From a phage, in sequence record OZ346228.1: a stretch of DNA of 64,000 bases. The stretch is one strand, 5' to 3'. The notes below the pieces were generated by a model. The model worked only from the letters and a program-made list of their open reading frames with translations. It did not search any database and was not told where the DNA came from. This document shows, in pieces, positions 30,101 to 38,517 of this stretch; within the stretch, counting starts at the first letter, position 1; every line of letters begins with the position of its first letter. Both the position numbers and the translations under genes were made by a program.

Positions 30101-30755
30101 CGATGGCAACGGGTACCATAAATACGGTTGGTACATTAACAAGAACGGGCACGCCCAATTTATGGATGTGTGGGTGAAAGGCAACATCAACGCCAGTTCT
30201 GGTAACTTCACAGGGGCAGTTAACGCCACCAGTGGTACCTTCCGTGGAGATGTTTATGCCAATAATGGTAACTTTAGGGGTACCATAGATGCAACTGGAG
30301 GTACCTTCCGTGGGCGTGTAGAAGCTTCTGTTATCCGTGCTAACCAGTTCGAAGGTGCAATAGTTGCACACAGAACCTACGGTGACTGTCCTCCAGTATA
30401 CAACTCGCAGCAGAGGGTTTGCCGTTGGAGGTGGAGATATGTGGACAACGTTTCAGGACAAGGTAAGAACGTAACATTCTTCTTTAAACTAAACGGAACA
30501 TTGTCTGGCTCCCAGCTTAACGTTTGGATAGCCGGACATCAAATCCTTGCAGGTAAGAAGTACGGAAACGACAACAACGGCATGTGTGCGGTAGGGATAA
30601 CTGGTCTAGGTGAACAAACTATAGACATTATTGTCGAGATTTACACACCGTGGTCAACGTCTAGCGTGACAGGTGTCACAATCTCCTGTCCCACTGTGAT
30701 CGTTAGTCGTTCTAACTCAAGCTTCCAGGGACCTTGGAACGAGTCTCACGACTAA
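27156..30755 (+). CDS. host specificity protein, lambda gpJ-like
   Basis: 1199 aa; segments APEAPVSVEV.QGYFAITLIPH..YDFW..YYWYIRTTNAFGSSAFVE and AGIQLGMEG..FMVSANNFAVYNPGNG match lambda J regions as recalled; internal coiled-coil repeats. Confidence 0.7.
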   Translation: MPIAMIDNIVASARSSSYDWNASKAALADSLNTVTTRTLDKIFEGNKSYRSQQDRQKLLRSSAAPCSVVYGKTRTSGLLAFLEQDSDRTLHCAIVLANHPLEGIEDILIDGNPISSYGDLVSWELHNDRKTSDPFMGTHCPSWSPDMIGRGISWLRASFRFDPNKFPFGLPNVTLVKVGKKCYDPRISKEVYTNNAALVILDYLRTYLKCPDETINWESFKEAANICDEAVKNADGTSERRYTINGEFDMDEAPASIMAEMLKACGADLSYVAGKYGLLVGAYYGPATMTLSEDCVCGEVKIYPEASFDKRSNTITGRFTSPTKGYSETDFPSVFVPEWIEKDGERKIIDIDYRFVTSPYQAQRVSAIFLRRARAGRIIEVTCNMRGFKFKPGRYVTMDLPSIGIVGQEMRVLEWEFTKKGGVKVKLRQDAKEWNDATGQLPDSGDVDIPISPSGVAQPQNFRYSVLQAGEVTHGVLAWDNVGTYAQNIVQVRKNGEIVWTAQTVEQFVKVEGLTKGSYTATVVATSYKGGVSPEAYCEFNIQAPEAPVSVEVKQGYFAITLIPHSRDLASVSTQYDFWTSGMTRLPDTSDATVTSKATRMGVGSTWTSEGLQNDKIYYWYIRTTNAFGSSAFVECAAHCYTSIEDLMPQIDAEFKKTETYKELTANLDNAVKEMDKNVGAVNDRVTSIFEELGDTIEGVVRETTEKFTGVNGEISALNSKLVAAQQSFDDKLAAESGRLGSLIETTNRSTVDLVNRKTQALSEQITATQGTLREELKNTESKLNSSIQETNKATTDLLNKTTEAIKQDLVAATGKITKLEDDVQKEVANLQASIQETNSTTVDLVNNTATAIRQELTSAKQEIVDEMGNIDELRATVSNTSKAVTTLEGKINAQWGAKIQVDSAGNKYVAGIQLGMEGSGGQVQSYFMVSANNFAVYNPGNGTATLAFAIKNNQAFLKDAFIENGTISSAKIAQEISSNNYDGNGYHKYGWYINKNGHAQFMDVWVKGNINASSGNFTGAVNATSGTFRGDVYANNGNFRGTIDATGGTFRGRVEASVIRANQFEGAIVAHRTYGDCPPVYNSQQRVCRWRWRYVDNVSGQGKNVTFFFKLNGTLSGSQLNVWIAGHQILAGKKYGNDNNGMCAVGITGLGEQTIDIIVEIYTPWSTSSVTGVTISCPTVIVSRSNSSFQGPWNESHD
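29385..29790 (+). repeat. three imperfect tandem repeats (about 132-141 bp) within J-like gene
   Basis: Repeated protein unit IQETN[KS].T.DL[LV]N..T.AI+Q[DE]L at about 44-47 aa spacing; DNA units begin near 29385, 29517 and 29657. Confidence 0.6.
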
Positions 30756-30762
30756 CCTTTAA

Positions 30763-30789
30763 AGCCCCGCTTCGGCGGGGTTTATTTTT
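30763..30789 (+). terminator. rho-independent terminator
   Basis: GCCCCGC-TTCG-GCGGGG then TTTATTTTT, after J-like gene. Confidence 0.7.
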
Positions 30790-30798
30790 ATGCTCAGA

Positions 30799-30827
30799 TT
30801 GACTATTGTTACAAAATTTGGTAAAAT
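30799..30827 (+). promoter_or_regulatory. sigma70-like promoter, extended -10
   Basis: TTGACT, 17-nt spacer, TGgTAAAAT; after J-like gene terminator. Confidence 0.55.
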
Positions 30828-30860
30828 ACCTTGTAGAGATTTTCATACCGGAGGAGTGAC

Positions 30861-32351
30861 GTGGCTAAGTATGGATTGACAGAGGCTGGTTTCGTTATAC
30901 CAACCCTAAATGACCTAATCGTTGAAACTAAGCAAAGCCTGATCCGTGCTTTTGGCGAAAACTTCAACGTACAGAGTAACTCCGTTGCAGATAAGCTGAC
31001 CACTATCTTCAACGAGCGAGAGTATCAACTTATTCTTATGGCAGCATCTGTATACGCATCACAGACGCTGTATGGGGCAGAAGGTATCTACCTAGATGAG
31101 CTTCTTGGAAGACAGGGTATTTACCGAAGAGGCCGTTCTAAATCATCAGGTACCTGCCAGTTGACAATCAACACAACTGTGCCGTACAATATGATTTATG
31201 ATTCCAAAACTTATACGCTGGACAGTGGCAACTTTGTTCTTAGCAACGATGTGCAAGTAGCAGGGAATCTTATTGCTCACAGAATAAATGCTCCAGACCT
31301 AAGGATTGGGAAATACAACTTCCAAATTACCAACCAGACAGATGGAAGTATCAAAACAAAAAGCCTGGTTTTAACAGATAAATCTCTGGACTCTTCTGAT
31401 TTGCCAAGCTTTTACGGAGAGATTAAGCAATTCATTGTCGATAATACAACCCTGTTGAACGACGATTTGATTCAGATCGATATGTTGACAGGAACGTTGT
31501 GGATAGGGTACAATTCGAATCTTAATCAAGTTGGACTTAACAGTAGGGTAGATTTCAGAGTATCCCCGATTGTAGGGGAAAGAACTATCACACTGGATGT
31601 TATCGCTAACGAGGCTGGTGAGCTGTCAAGAGAAGCAGAAACCGTGACAACAATGTCACCTACTCCTAGTGGATTTATCAAGCTTACCAACCGAGAAAGA
31701 TTCAATGAGGGCAGGGATGTTGAGAAAGACTCAGAGTATCGCTTAAGAGCTTCCAGCACAAAACAGTTAACATCTAAGGCTACCCGTCCTGCAATCCTTA
31801 GCGCTGTAAGCGAGGTGAAAGGTGTTGAGAAAGTGAGAGTGTTCTCCAACAACACCGATAAAACTGATGCTAAAGGTATACCTCCTTACAAGTTCCAAGT
31901 GGTTGTGTTTGGTGGTGCAACGGAAGACATTTGCCAAGCACTTTACCAAACTATAGCCTGTACGAACAGGACTTATGGTAATATTTTCTACGATGTCACT
32001 ACATCTGACGGTCAAACTGAAAGAATTTATTACTCCAAGGCAAACACCTACCGCCTAGATGTAAGAATTACCTACTCCGGTGCTGCGCTTTCTACAACCG
32101 AAAAAGATGCCATTATAGAGGCTCTTTTGCAGGTTGTTAACGGACTGGATGTTGCAGATACGTTGTATAATATCCAATTGGTAGGTGCTGCATCTGCTGC
32201 TGTGTCAATAGGCAGATTTAATAGGCTGGTAATTCAAGTTAAATCCGTAGGAGCTTCTGATGAAGCTTACACTACAAACGATATTGTTGCGAACATGACC
32301 GAGGTGTTTGACCTCGACGAAAGTAATATAACTTTCCAACAAACTATTTAA
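30861..32351 (+). CDS. baseplate J-like wedge protein (P2 gpJ / T4 gp6 family, putative)
   Basis: 496 aa, GTG start after RBS GGAGG and promoter TTGACT-17-TGgTAAAAT; segment EKDSEYRLRASS..SKATRPAILSAVSEVKGVEKVRV resembles P2 gpJ ESDTDYRLRIQ..GLSVAGSVGAY. Confidence 0.5.
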   Translation: MAKYGLTEAGFVIPTLNDLIVETKQSLIRAFGENFNVQSNSVADKLTTIFNEREYQLILMAASVYASQTLYGAEGIYLDELLGRQGIYRRGRSKSSGTCQLTINTTVPYNMIYDSKTYTLDSGNFVLSNDVQVAGNLIAHRINAPDLRIGKYNFQITNQTDGSIKTKSLVLTDKSLDSSDLPSFYGEIKQFIVDNTTLLNDDLIQIDMLTGTLWIGYNSNLNQVGLNSRVDFRVSPIVGERTITLDVIANEAGELSREAETVTTMSPTPSGFIKLTNRERFNEGRDVEKDSEYRLRASSTKQLTSKATRPAILSAVSEVKGVEKVRVFSNNTDKTDAKGIPPYKFQVVVFGGATEDICQALYQTIACTNRTYGNIFYDVTTSDGQTERIYYSKANTYRLDVRITYSGAALSTTEKDAIIEALLQVVNGLDVADTLYNIQLVGAASAAVSIGRFNRLVIQVKSVGASDEAYTTNDIVANMTEVFDLDESNITFQQTI

Positions 32352-32362
32352 GGCGGCGAGAT

Positions 32363-33049
32363 ATGGCAGAGATTAAGTCGGATGTTAACCACATCCACAC
32401 TCTGCCAGATTTTGTTCAGGGAGGTCTTGACTACCTGCCTGGAGATTTTCTGGCTGAGAAGGTTAATTTAGTCACATTCTTAACCGTATACCTTAAAAGG
32501 TTGGAGGATGTTGATAAGATGCTGGTAGGTTTGGCTGAAGGAAGATTGCTTAACAATGCCAGCGGAAGATACCTTGACGAAGTTGGTAATCAACTTGGTA
32601 TTCTTAGGAATGGACTTTCAGATGCTGATTTTCGTGCCACACTAATTATTCAGCAGGCCGCAGCATCAATGGGCGGGACTCGCGAAGATGTCATCTCCAC
32701 CTTGCGACAATTGTTCGGAAGAGACAATTTCGATACGTGGAAAGGAGACAACTTCAGGTTTGACATAAATATTAGAAAAACTTGCTTTGACATATTGCAG
32801 TCTATCGATCAGATCTTAGATATGCTACCATTGCCTTGTCATTTGCGTCTTACAGAATCGCAAGGGCAAGCTTTTGGTTTTGAAGGGGACTCTACAGCTC
32901 TTGGCTTCGGATCAGTATGGGAAGAAAACCAGTTTGGAGTTGGTGGACTGGCTACTTTGCTGTATGTTCCTGACGTAAGACCTGATTGGGACACCACAAC
33001 CATTTATTGTGAAAGTATTACAGTAAACGCAACTAGACAGGAGGGTTAA
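32363..33049 (+). CDS. baseplate/tail protein (gpI-position, hypothetical)
   Basis: 228-aa ORF directly downstream of Baseplate-J-like gene. Confidence 0.35.
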   Translation: MAEIKSDVNHIHTLPDFVQGGLDYLPGDFLAEKVNLVTFLTVYLKRLEDVDKMLVGLAEGRLLNNASGRYLDEVGNQLGILRNGLSDADFRATLIIQQAAASMGGTREDVISTLRQLFGRDNFDTWKGDNFRFDINIRKTCFDILQSIDQILDMLPLPCHLRLTESQGQAFGFEGDSTALGFGSVWEENQFGVGGLATLLYVPDVRPDWDTTTIYCESITVNATRQEG

Positions 33050-35121
33050 TGGCAACAGCTGTTTTTAAACCTTACCGTGATTACTCTACAATGGCTGCAC
33101 GGTTTCATTACCGAACAGTTCAGGATACTGCCGTTCCTGGTAGGGATTATGATCATGTTGAGGGCGATGTAACTATCCCAGTTGGGGCAACCAGTATTGA
33201 GATCCCCGTGGAAATTGTTGACAAATTACCCAACAGGTTGCCAAGAAGCTTCTTTATGGAGTTTTCATCAAAATCTCAAGGGGTGATGATTGGAACACAA
33301 AGGGCGAAATGTACAATAGTTTCAGATGAGAATCTTGACAGGATATCTTGGGATACTGTTGAGGAGAGAATGTTTCACCCAAGATATTGGGTTACAACCA
33401 CTCAGCAGACTGAAAGTACCTGTATTGTTGCAGATAACAACTGTTGTATTAACCGTTTAGTGTCAAGAACATATGGAGGTATGGCTGGGTGCATTTGGGA
33501 AACAGTTGACAAGTATGACCATTTCGGTATTGGGTTTGATGATCACTATGAGATGAGAAACACCAAGCTTTGGTTCAGAATGTCAATAACCAACGCCAGC
33601 AACTTCTCCACTCCTGAAAAGATGATTATGACTGTAGACCTTGTTGATGGCACAATCATCTATGTTCCTTTAGCTCAATATGCTGTCAGCATCTCAGAGG
33701 ATAAGAATGTTGCAGAAATTCATATTGATTTTGAGGACTGCGTCGGGATGGACCAGAACAACAACATGATGGGTGTTGATCCTCGGCAGGTGAGAAGGAT
33801 TTTAATACCGCTTATGCCTAAAGACTGGGTAAGTAATAGCACAGACCCGAGAACGGAAAATGTAAAGTGTGAGTTGCGCCTAGATCTGCTTCAGCCAGAC
33901 ACAGGCTGGAAAATGATGCAACTTAACAATATCCAGGTGAGAGAGCACGATGTTGGGATCTGCACCGCATATGACGATATGTGGAACGTGTCTCCTTTAA
34001 GGGTGTTGAACAATATCAAGCGTCTGGGCTATACCGGAACCATAAACCATTATGTTGGTATGAGTCATTATTATGACTACACATGGTCAGGAACCCAATG
34101 GTCTATAAACAGAACAGGAGCGCTAAACGCTGCAGCTTATAAATGGCATGATGATTTTATGTACAATGCCAAACGACATAACTTCGACGTTATGCAATCT
34201 GTAAGTTTTGAGCTTTTCAGCGATGCCTGCCCGTTGGAATGGACCCAAAGAGACTGGAACGATAACTACGCTAAAACAGGGTATACACCTTGTAGCTACC
34301 TCCTGTCTCCAACCATTGAAGAGGGTATGAATTTCCTTACTGCAGTATTTAAGAATTTTGCATCAGCCGCTATGAGAAACAACCTGCCAGTGATTATGCA
34401 GGTTGGTGAACCGTGGTGGTGGTACAATACCGATACTCGTAGACCTTGTATTTATGATTACCCTACAAAACAGGCGTTTTATGATGAGACAGGCGAGTAT
34501 GCATTAGATATTGGGACTATTGACGATCCTAAAACTGGCGGTGTTTACGATAAGTATGTAGCATTTTGTCGTGGTAAGCTTGGCGCTCGTATTGCGGCTA
34601 TTTCAAAGGCAATAAAGGCACACGCTGCATCAGCTCAGATGACAGCTCTGCTGTTTTTCCCAACCATTATGGAAACCGAGCTTACGCAAAAGCTTAACCT
34701 TGCTGACCAATATAAAAAGGAAGCAGGTGCTCTTGATTTCTTCTGCACCGAGTGCTACGATTGGGTGATGCAGGGAGGTATTGAAAAGGCAAAAGAGTCT
34801 GTAAACATACCTATCGTTAAGTTAGGTTGGCAACCGTCTGAAATACAATACCTTGCAGGGTTCGTTCCTAGTAAAGAGCTTGCTCCGGTATATGGCTACG
34901 ACCCAACCAGGAATTACCAAGAATTTTTATGGAGATGTATCTGCGGAAACATGGCAACCATAGAGTATAGATACCCTGAGGTAAAACAGTATGTGTGGGC
35001 ATACCCGCAAGTAATGTCTGACAGCATCACTGTTACAGCCAGAGATTCTACCGTGCTTCATATGGGGCAGGTTGCTCTGAAAGGGTATGTAGAAGATGTT
35101 GTCCCTCCAGACTTCTCATAA
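33049..35121 (+). CDS. tail protein with Calx-beta-like N-terminal domain (putative)
   Basis: 690 aa; N-terminal GRDYDHVEGDVTIPVGATSIEIPVEIVDK resembles Calx-beta motif; Trp/Tyr-rich body. Confidence 0.3.
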   Translation: MATAVFKPYRDYSTMAARFHYRTVQDTAVPGRDYDHVEGDVTIPVGATSIEIPVEIVDKLPNRLPRSFFMEFSSKSQGVMIGTQRAKCTIVSDENLDRISWDTVEERMFHPRYWVTTTQQTESTCIVADNNCCINRLVSRTYGGMAGCIWETVDKYDHFGIGFDDHYEMRNTKLWFRMSITNASNFSTPEKMIMTVDLVDGTIIYVPLAQYAVSISEDKNVAEIHIDFEDCVGMDQNNNMMGVDPRQVRRILIPLMPKDWVSNSTDPRTENVKCELRLDLLQPDTGWKMMQLNNIQVREHDVGICTAYDDMWNVSPLRVLNNIKRLGYTGTINHYVGMSHYYDYTWSGTQWSINRTGALNAAAYKWHDDFMYNAKRHNFDVMQSVSFELFSDACPLEWTQRDWNDNYAKTGYTPCSYLLSPTIEEGMNFLTAVFKNFASAAMRNNLPVIMQVGEPWWWYNTDTRRPCIYDYPTKQAFYDETGEYALDIGTIDDPKTGGVYDKYVAFCRGKLGARIAAISKAIKAHAASAQMTALLFFPTIMETELTQKLNLADQYKKEAGALDFFCTECYDWVMQGGIEKAKESVNIPIVKLGWQPSEIQYLAGFVPSKELAPVYGYDPTRNYQEFLWRCICGNMATIEYRYPEVKQYVWAYPQVMSDSITVTARDSTVLHMGQVALKGYVEDVVPPDFS

Positions 35122-35133
35122 TCAGGAGATAAA

Positions 35134-36174
35134 ATGTCAAAACCTAGTTTTCCATTAGAGATTTGGGCAGAGGAGGATCAGGTTCTGCCTAACACCCACA
35201 GACAGAACAGGCTACGCCCGATCGATGATTTGTGGAGAAAAGGTTGGGATCTTGGTCAAAAGCCATCCTGTGAAGAACTTAACTATATTTTCAATATGCT
35301 CGGAACTTGGGCAAAATACATTGCTGACGAGCAGATCCCCGCTCAAGAAGGCCGTTATCTGGTACGTGATAATAACTTGAGCGATCTTTTGAACATCCCT
35401 GTTGCCCGTAGAAACCTTGGGATTATCACTAAGGAAGAGGCAGACGCCAGGTATGTAAAAGTTACAGGTGATACAATGACAGGCCCCTTGGGGTTGCAAC
35501 GTATCAACTTTAAAGCTGCCGAGACAGATAAGGCTTGGATAGAGACAACTATTGGCCCAGATAAGACAACTCTCGACTTTGGGTTAAGTGATAATACCGG
35601 GTCGTTTGATGATGGTGGTACATCTACAGTGGATGCGTTTCGTTGGAGATTCCAGCCAACTCAGCCGGATATTAATCCAGAGTTCACTTTGATGTACCTT
35701 AACGCGATCACGGCTAATCGTGCGCTGTTGAAAGTGGTAGGCAATGTTGAAGTTGTCGATAACATGAGGTGCAATAACCTTACTATCAGCAATACAGCAA
35801 CATTCACCAACTGTAATGTGGCTAGTCAGTTGACGGCTGGGTCAGTATATGTTAATGGTGGTGCAAGTTGTGACAGTATGGTTGTAAGAAGCCAGCACTG
35901 TGTTGTCGGTAACAGAAATGTGGTGCGCTCCGTGAATGGAGTGACGGCTAACGGTAACGGTGATGTAACGATCACTATCCCGCAGACAGGTGTGCAAGAC
36001 ATCAGAATCGGTGCAAGACTTGTGGACGGCGTTTCTGAATCTCCAATCCGCAACGGCTACGTTGTCACAGGCTGGCATTTCGGTGACAAAAAAGAGATGC
36101 GTGGTTCAACCTACTGGGCAGGACCCTTACAAAAACTTGTAAATGGTCAATGGATCACTGTTAATTATGCATAG
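35134..36174 (+). CDS. tail fibre protein (copy 1)
   Basis: 346 aa; followed by Tfa-type assembly gene; N- and C-termini paralogous to 37187..38230 (ends GPLQKLVNGQWITVNYA). Confidence 0.65.
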   Translation: MSKPSFPLEIWAEEDQVLPNTHRQNRLRPIDDLWRKGWDLGQKPSCEELNYIFNMLGTWAKYIADEQIPAQEGRYLVRDNNLSDLLNIPVARRNLGIITKEEADARYVKVTGDTMTGPLGLQRINFKAAETDKAWIETTIGPDKTTLDFGLSDNTGSFDDGGTSTVDAFRWRFQPTQPDINPEFTLMYLNAITANRALLKVVGNVEVVDNMRCNNLTISNTATFTNCNVASQLTAGSVYVNGGASCDSMVVRSQHCVVGNRNVVRSVNGVTANGNGDVTITIPQTGVQDIRIGARLVDGVSESPIRNGYVVTGWHFGDKKEMRGSTYWAGPLQKLVNGQWITVNYA

Positions 36175-36188
36175 ATCGGAGGACTAGC

Positions 36189-36773
36189 ATGAAAATACTT
36201 CAAGAGTTTAAACTTTACCAACCAGGATCTGGCGAATACCACTCCAACAAGGAAACCAAGGAGCTGACCCCTCAAGAGGTAGAGGATTACACCGCATACA
36301 CTGGGTATTTTTTACGTAATGATGATGGTGATTGGTATGTGCAGTCACGAACATTACGACAAGAAAATCCAGGGTGTATCTTCCTACTTGTTGACGAGAA
36401 GGGAATTCTTAAGACATCTACAGAAGAACCTGATGCCTTATGGCCTGCTCCAGGTCTTCGTGTGGTTATCGCCAAAAAAGAAGAGGTACCAGAAAACATT
36501 ATGCTTCACCACGACGCTTTGCGTTTAGTTGGTGATGAATTTGTCACAGACAATGAATTCTTTGTTCAACAGGCAGAGGGTGTCATAGAGACAGAACTTG
36601 CTTGGGCTACTGCTAGAATTGGTGCCTATCAAGACATGATTGACCTTGAATATGATCTTACTGATGACCAGAAACGTAACATCAGAGATTTGAAAATGTA
36701 CAGGGTAAAACTTCTTGAAATAGATACATCTAAAGCCCCTGACATTTTCTTCCCAGAGCGACCTACCCTCTAA
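36189..36773 (+). CDS. tfa: tail fibre assembly protein (Tfa family)
   Basis: 194 aa; C-terminal signature YRVKLLEIDTSKAPDIFFPERP typical of lambda Tfa / P2 gpG; immediately downstream of fibre gene. Confidence 0.75.
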   Translation: MKILQEFKLYQPGSGEYHSNKETKELTPQEVEDYTAYTGYFLRNDDGDWYVQSRTLRQENPGCIFLLVDEKGILKTSTEEPDALWPAPGLRVVIAKKEEVPENIMLHHDALRLVGDEFVTDNEFFVQQAEGVIETELAWATARIGAYQDMIDLEYDLTDDQKRNIRDLKMYRVKLLEIDTSKAPDIFFPERPTL

Positions 36774-36784
36774 GAGGAGGTGTT

Positions 36785-37099
36785 GTGGAGTTGGATTTGG
36801 CGGCATTGTACGGTATCTGCATGGGTACCGTTGTCCCGATCTGTGTATGGGCTTTCAACCAGTGGCACACCAAATGGAAAGACATTTCCAAGAGGTTGGA
36901 TGAGCTGGAGAAAGACCTCATCTTAGTGAAAAACAGTATGGTTACAAAAGATAAACTTGATTCCGTTATAGAGACCCGGTTAAGCAAGCTAGAGGCCGAT
37001 ATTAACGACCTTAAGCAGGATGTCAGGACAGATGTCTCCGGCATCAGAGCCGATGTACAAAAGATTTTGCACATGCTCGTAGAGCATAGTAAAAGGTAA
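36785..37099 (+). CDS. small membrane-anchored coiled-coil protein (hypothetical)
   Basis: 104 aa, GTG start after RBS AGGAGG; hydrophobic N-terminus LAALYGICMGTVVPICVWAF followed by heptad-like helix. Confidence 0.35.
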   Translation: MELDLAALYGICMGTVVPICVWAFNQWHTKWKDISKRLDELEKDLILVKNSMVTKDKLDSVIETRLSKLEADINDLKQDVRTDVSGIRADVQKILHMLVEHSKR

Positions 37100-37127
37100 A
37101 CAAAGGTCAGAACGGAAAGGACTCCTC

Positions 37128-37156
37128 TTGCATTTTGTTCCCTAAAGTGTTAAAAT
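37128..37156 (+). promoter_or_regulatory. sigma70-like promoter, extended -10
   Basis: TTGCAT, 17-nt spacer, TGtTAAAAT; upstream of second tail fibre gene. Confidence 0.5.
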
Positions 37157-37186
37157 AGTCCTAAGGAATTTTCTCAGGAGAACGTG

Positions 37187-38230
37187 ATGACTAAACCAGT
37201 TATCCCTCTTGATATTTGGGCCAATCAGGATGTTGTGCTTGAAAATACGGGAGAGTTGAATAAGTCTCAACCAAAAAAAGAAGAGAGATTGAAAGGTTGG
37301 GATATGACACAAAGAGTGGCATGTGAAGTTGTTAACTTTGAACTTCACATGCTTTCTGCGTGGTTAAAGCATTTAACAGAAGATGTTGTCCCAGGATGGG
37401 ATAATAGATTCTTAAGGGTCACTAATAATCTAGCAGACGTTCCAGACAAAGCTGCTGCACGTCAAGTTCTCAATGTATACTCGCCTGAAGAAATGGACGA
37501 TCTGTATGTTGACAAGTCTGGAGACATAATGACTCAGACTCAAACTTTAGGCCTTCAAAGAATCGAGTTTGCATCTGCGTCAACAGACAATGCGGCAATA
37601 TATACCACCATAACTCCAGACAAGACGACGATGGACTTCTGGATTATGGACAACATCGGTGGTGCTGACGGCACAGACCTTGATGATCCTTCTCACCAAA
37701 TAGACGGGTTCCGTTGGAGATTTCAACCTTCTGGTGGGCAGCCTGTGTTTTCGGCTATGAAGCTCAATGCTATAACTGCCAACCGTGCAAGACTGGCTAT
37801 CCAAGGAAATCTTGAATGCAACGATGCAAAAAGTTCCTCTGCAAATGCCAATGCGGTCACGATACCAAGAGCCACTGTTAACGGACAACAATCCTGCGGA
37901 AGCGCTCAAATAGGTGGAAGAGTTGATTGTAACGATGAAACCGTTAGAGGCCAATATGCAACCGTTGGTGGAAGAAACGTGGTCCGCAGGGTAAACGGTA
38001 ACAGCGCAGACGGTAGTGGTAACCTTACTGTCCCTATGCCCAGTAGAGGGGTTGACGATGTAAGGATAGCGAACCGTTTCAAAACCACCTACAGAGAGTC
38101 AAGGGTCTACCCTGGACATGTGATGTGCTCTGGTAACTACGCTTATAAACACCCTTATCAAGGTGATTACTGGACAGGTGCTATCCAAAAACTTGTAAAC
38201 GGTCAATGGATCACTATATCTTATGCTTAA
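37187..38230 (+). CDS. tail fibre protein (copy 2, paralog)
   Basis: ATG 37187 after RBS CAGGAG and own promoter TTGCAT-17-TGtTAAAAT; N-terminus PLDIWA and C-terminus GAIQKLVNGQWITISYA shared with copy 1. Confidence 0.6.
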   Translation: MTKPVIPLDIWANQDVVLENTGELNKSQPKKEERLKGWDMTQRVACEVVNFELHMLSAWLKHLTEDVVPGWDNRFLRVTNNLADVPDKAAARQVLNVYSPEEMDDLYVDKSGDIMTQTQTLGLQRIEFASASTDNAAIYTTITPDKTTMDFWIMDNIGGADGTDLDDPSHQIDGFRWRFQPSGGQPVFSAMKLNAITANRARLAIQGNLECNDAKSSSANANAVTIPRATVNGQQSCGSAQIGGRVDCNDETVRGQYATVGGRNVVRRVNGNSADGSGNLTVPMPSRGVDDVRIANRFKTTYRESRVYPGHVMCSGNYAYKHPYQGDYWTGAIQKLVNGQWITISYA

Positions 38231-38241
38231 AAAGAGGGTAA

Positions 38242-38508
38242 ATGAAACTAACTCAGTTTTTATGGGGACTGGTTGCGGAATCTGATGACCCTACGAAAGT
38301 ATCCCAATCTAAGCTATGGTCGAACATAGGCATGGTGGTGATGACTGGGGTGTTTATTCATATGGGGTATAATGATACGCTTCCTGAATGGTATGCGTGG
38401 ATATATGCACCTTCAGTAGCCTGCCCCCAGCTTATTAGCAAATTCATCTCGCTCCGGTGGGGTTGCCAGCACCCTGACCACGTTAAAAACGAAGAGCAAA
38501 AAGCTTAA
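38242..38508 (+). CDS. small hydrophobic protein (hypothetical)
   Basis: 88 aa with central hydrophobic segment NIGMVVMTGVFIHMG; follows second fibre gene. Confidence 0.3.
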   Translation: MKLTQFLWGLVAESDDPTKVSQSKLWSNIGMVVMTGVFIHMGYNDTLPEWYAWIYAPSVACPQLISKFISLRWGCQHPDHVKNEEQKA

Positions 38509-38517
38509 GGAGAAATC

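Noticed and set aside
35134-38230. Mu G-segment-like invertible tail fibre switch
   Set aside because: Both fibre paralogs are on the same strand, no flanking inverted repeats were found, and no invertase or recombinase gene is present in the window.
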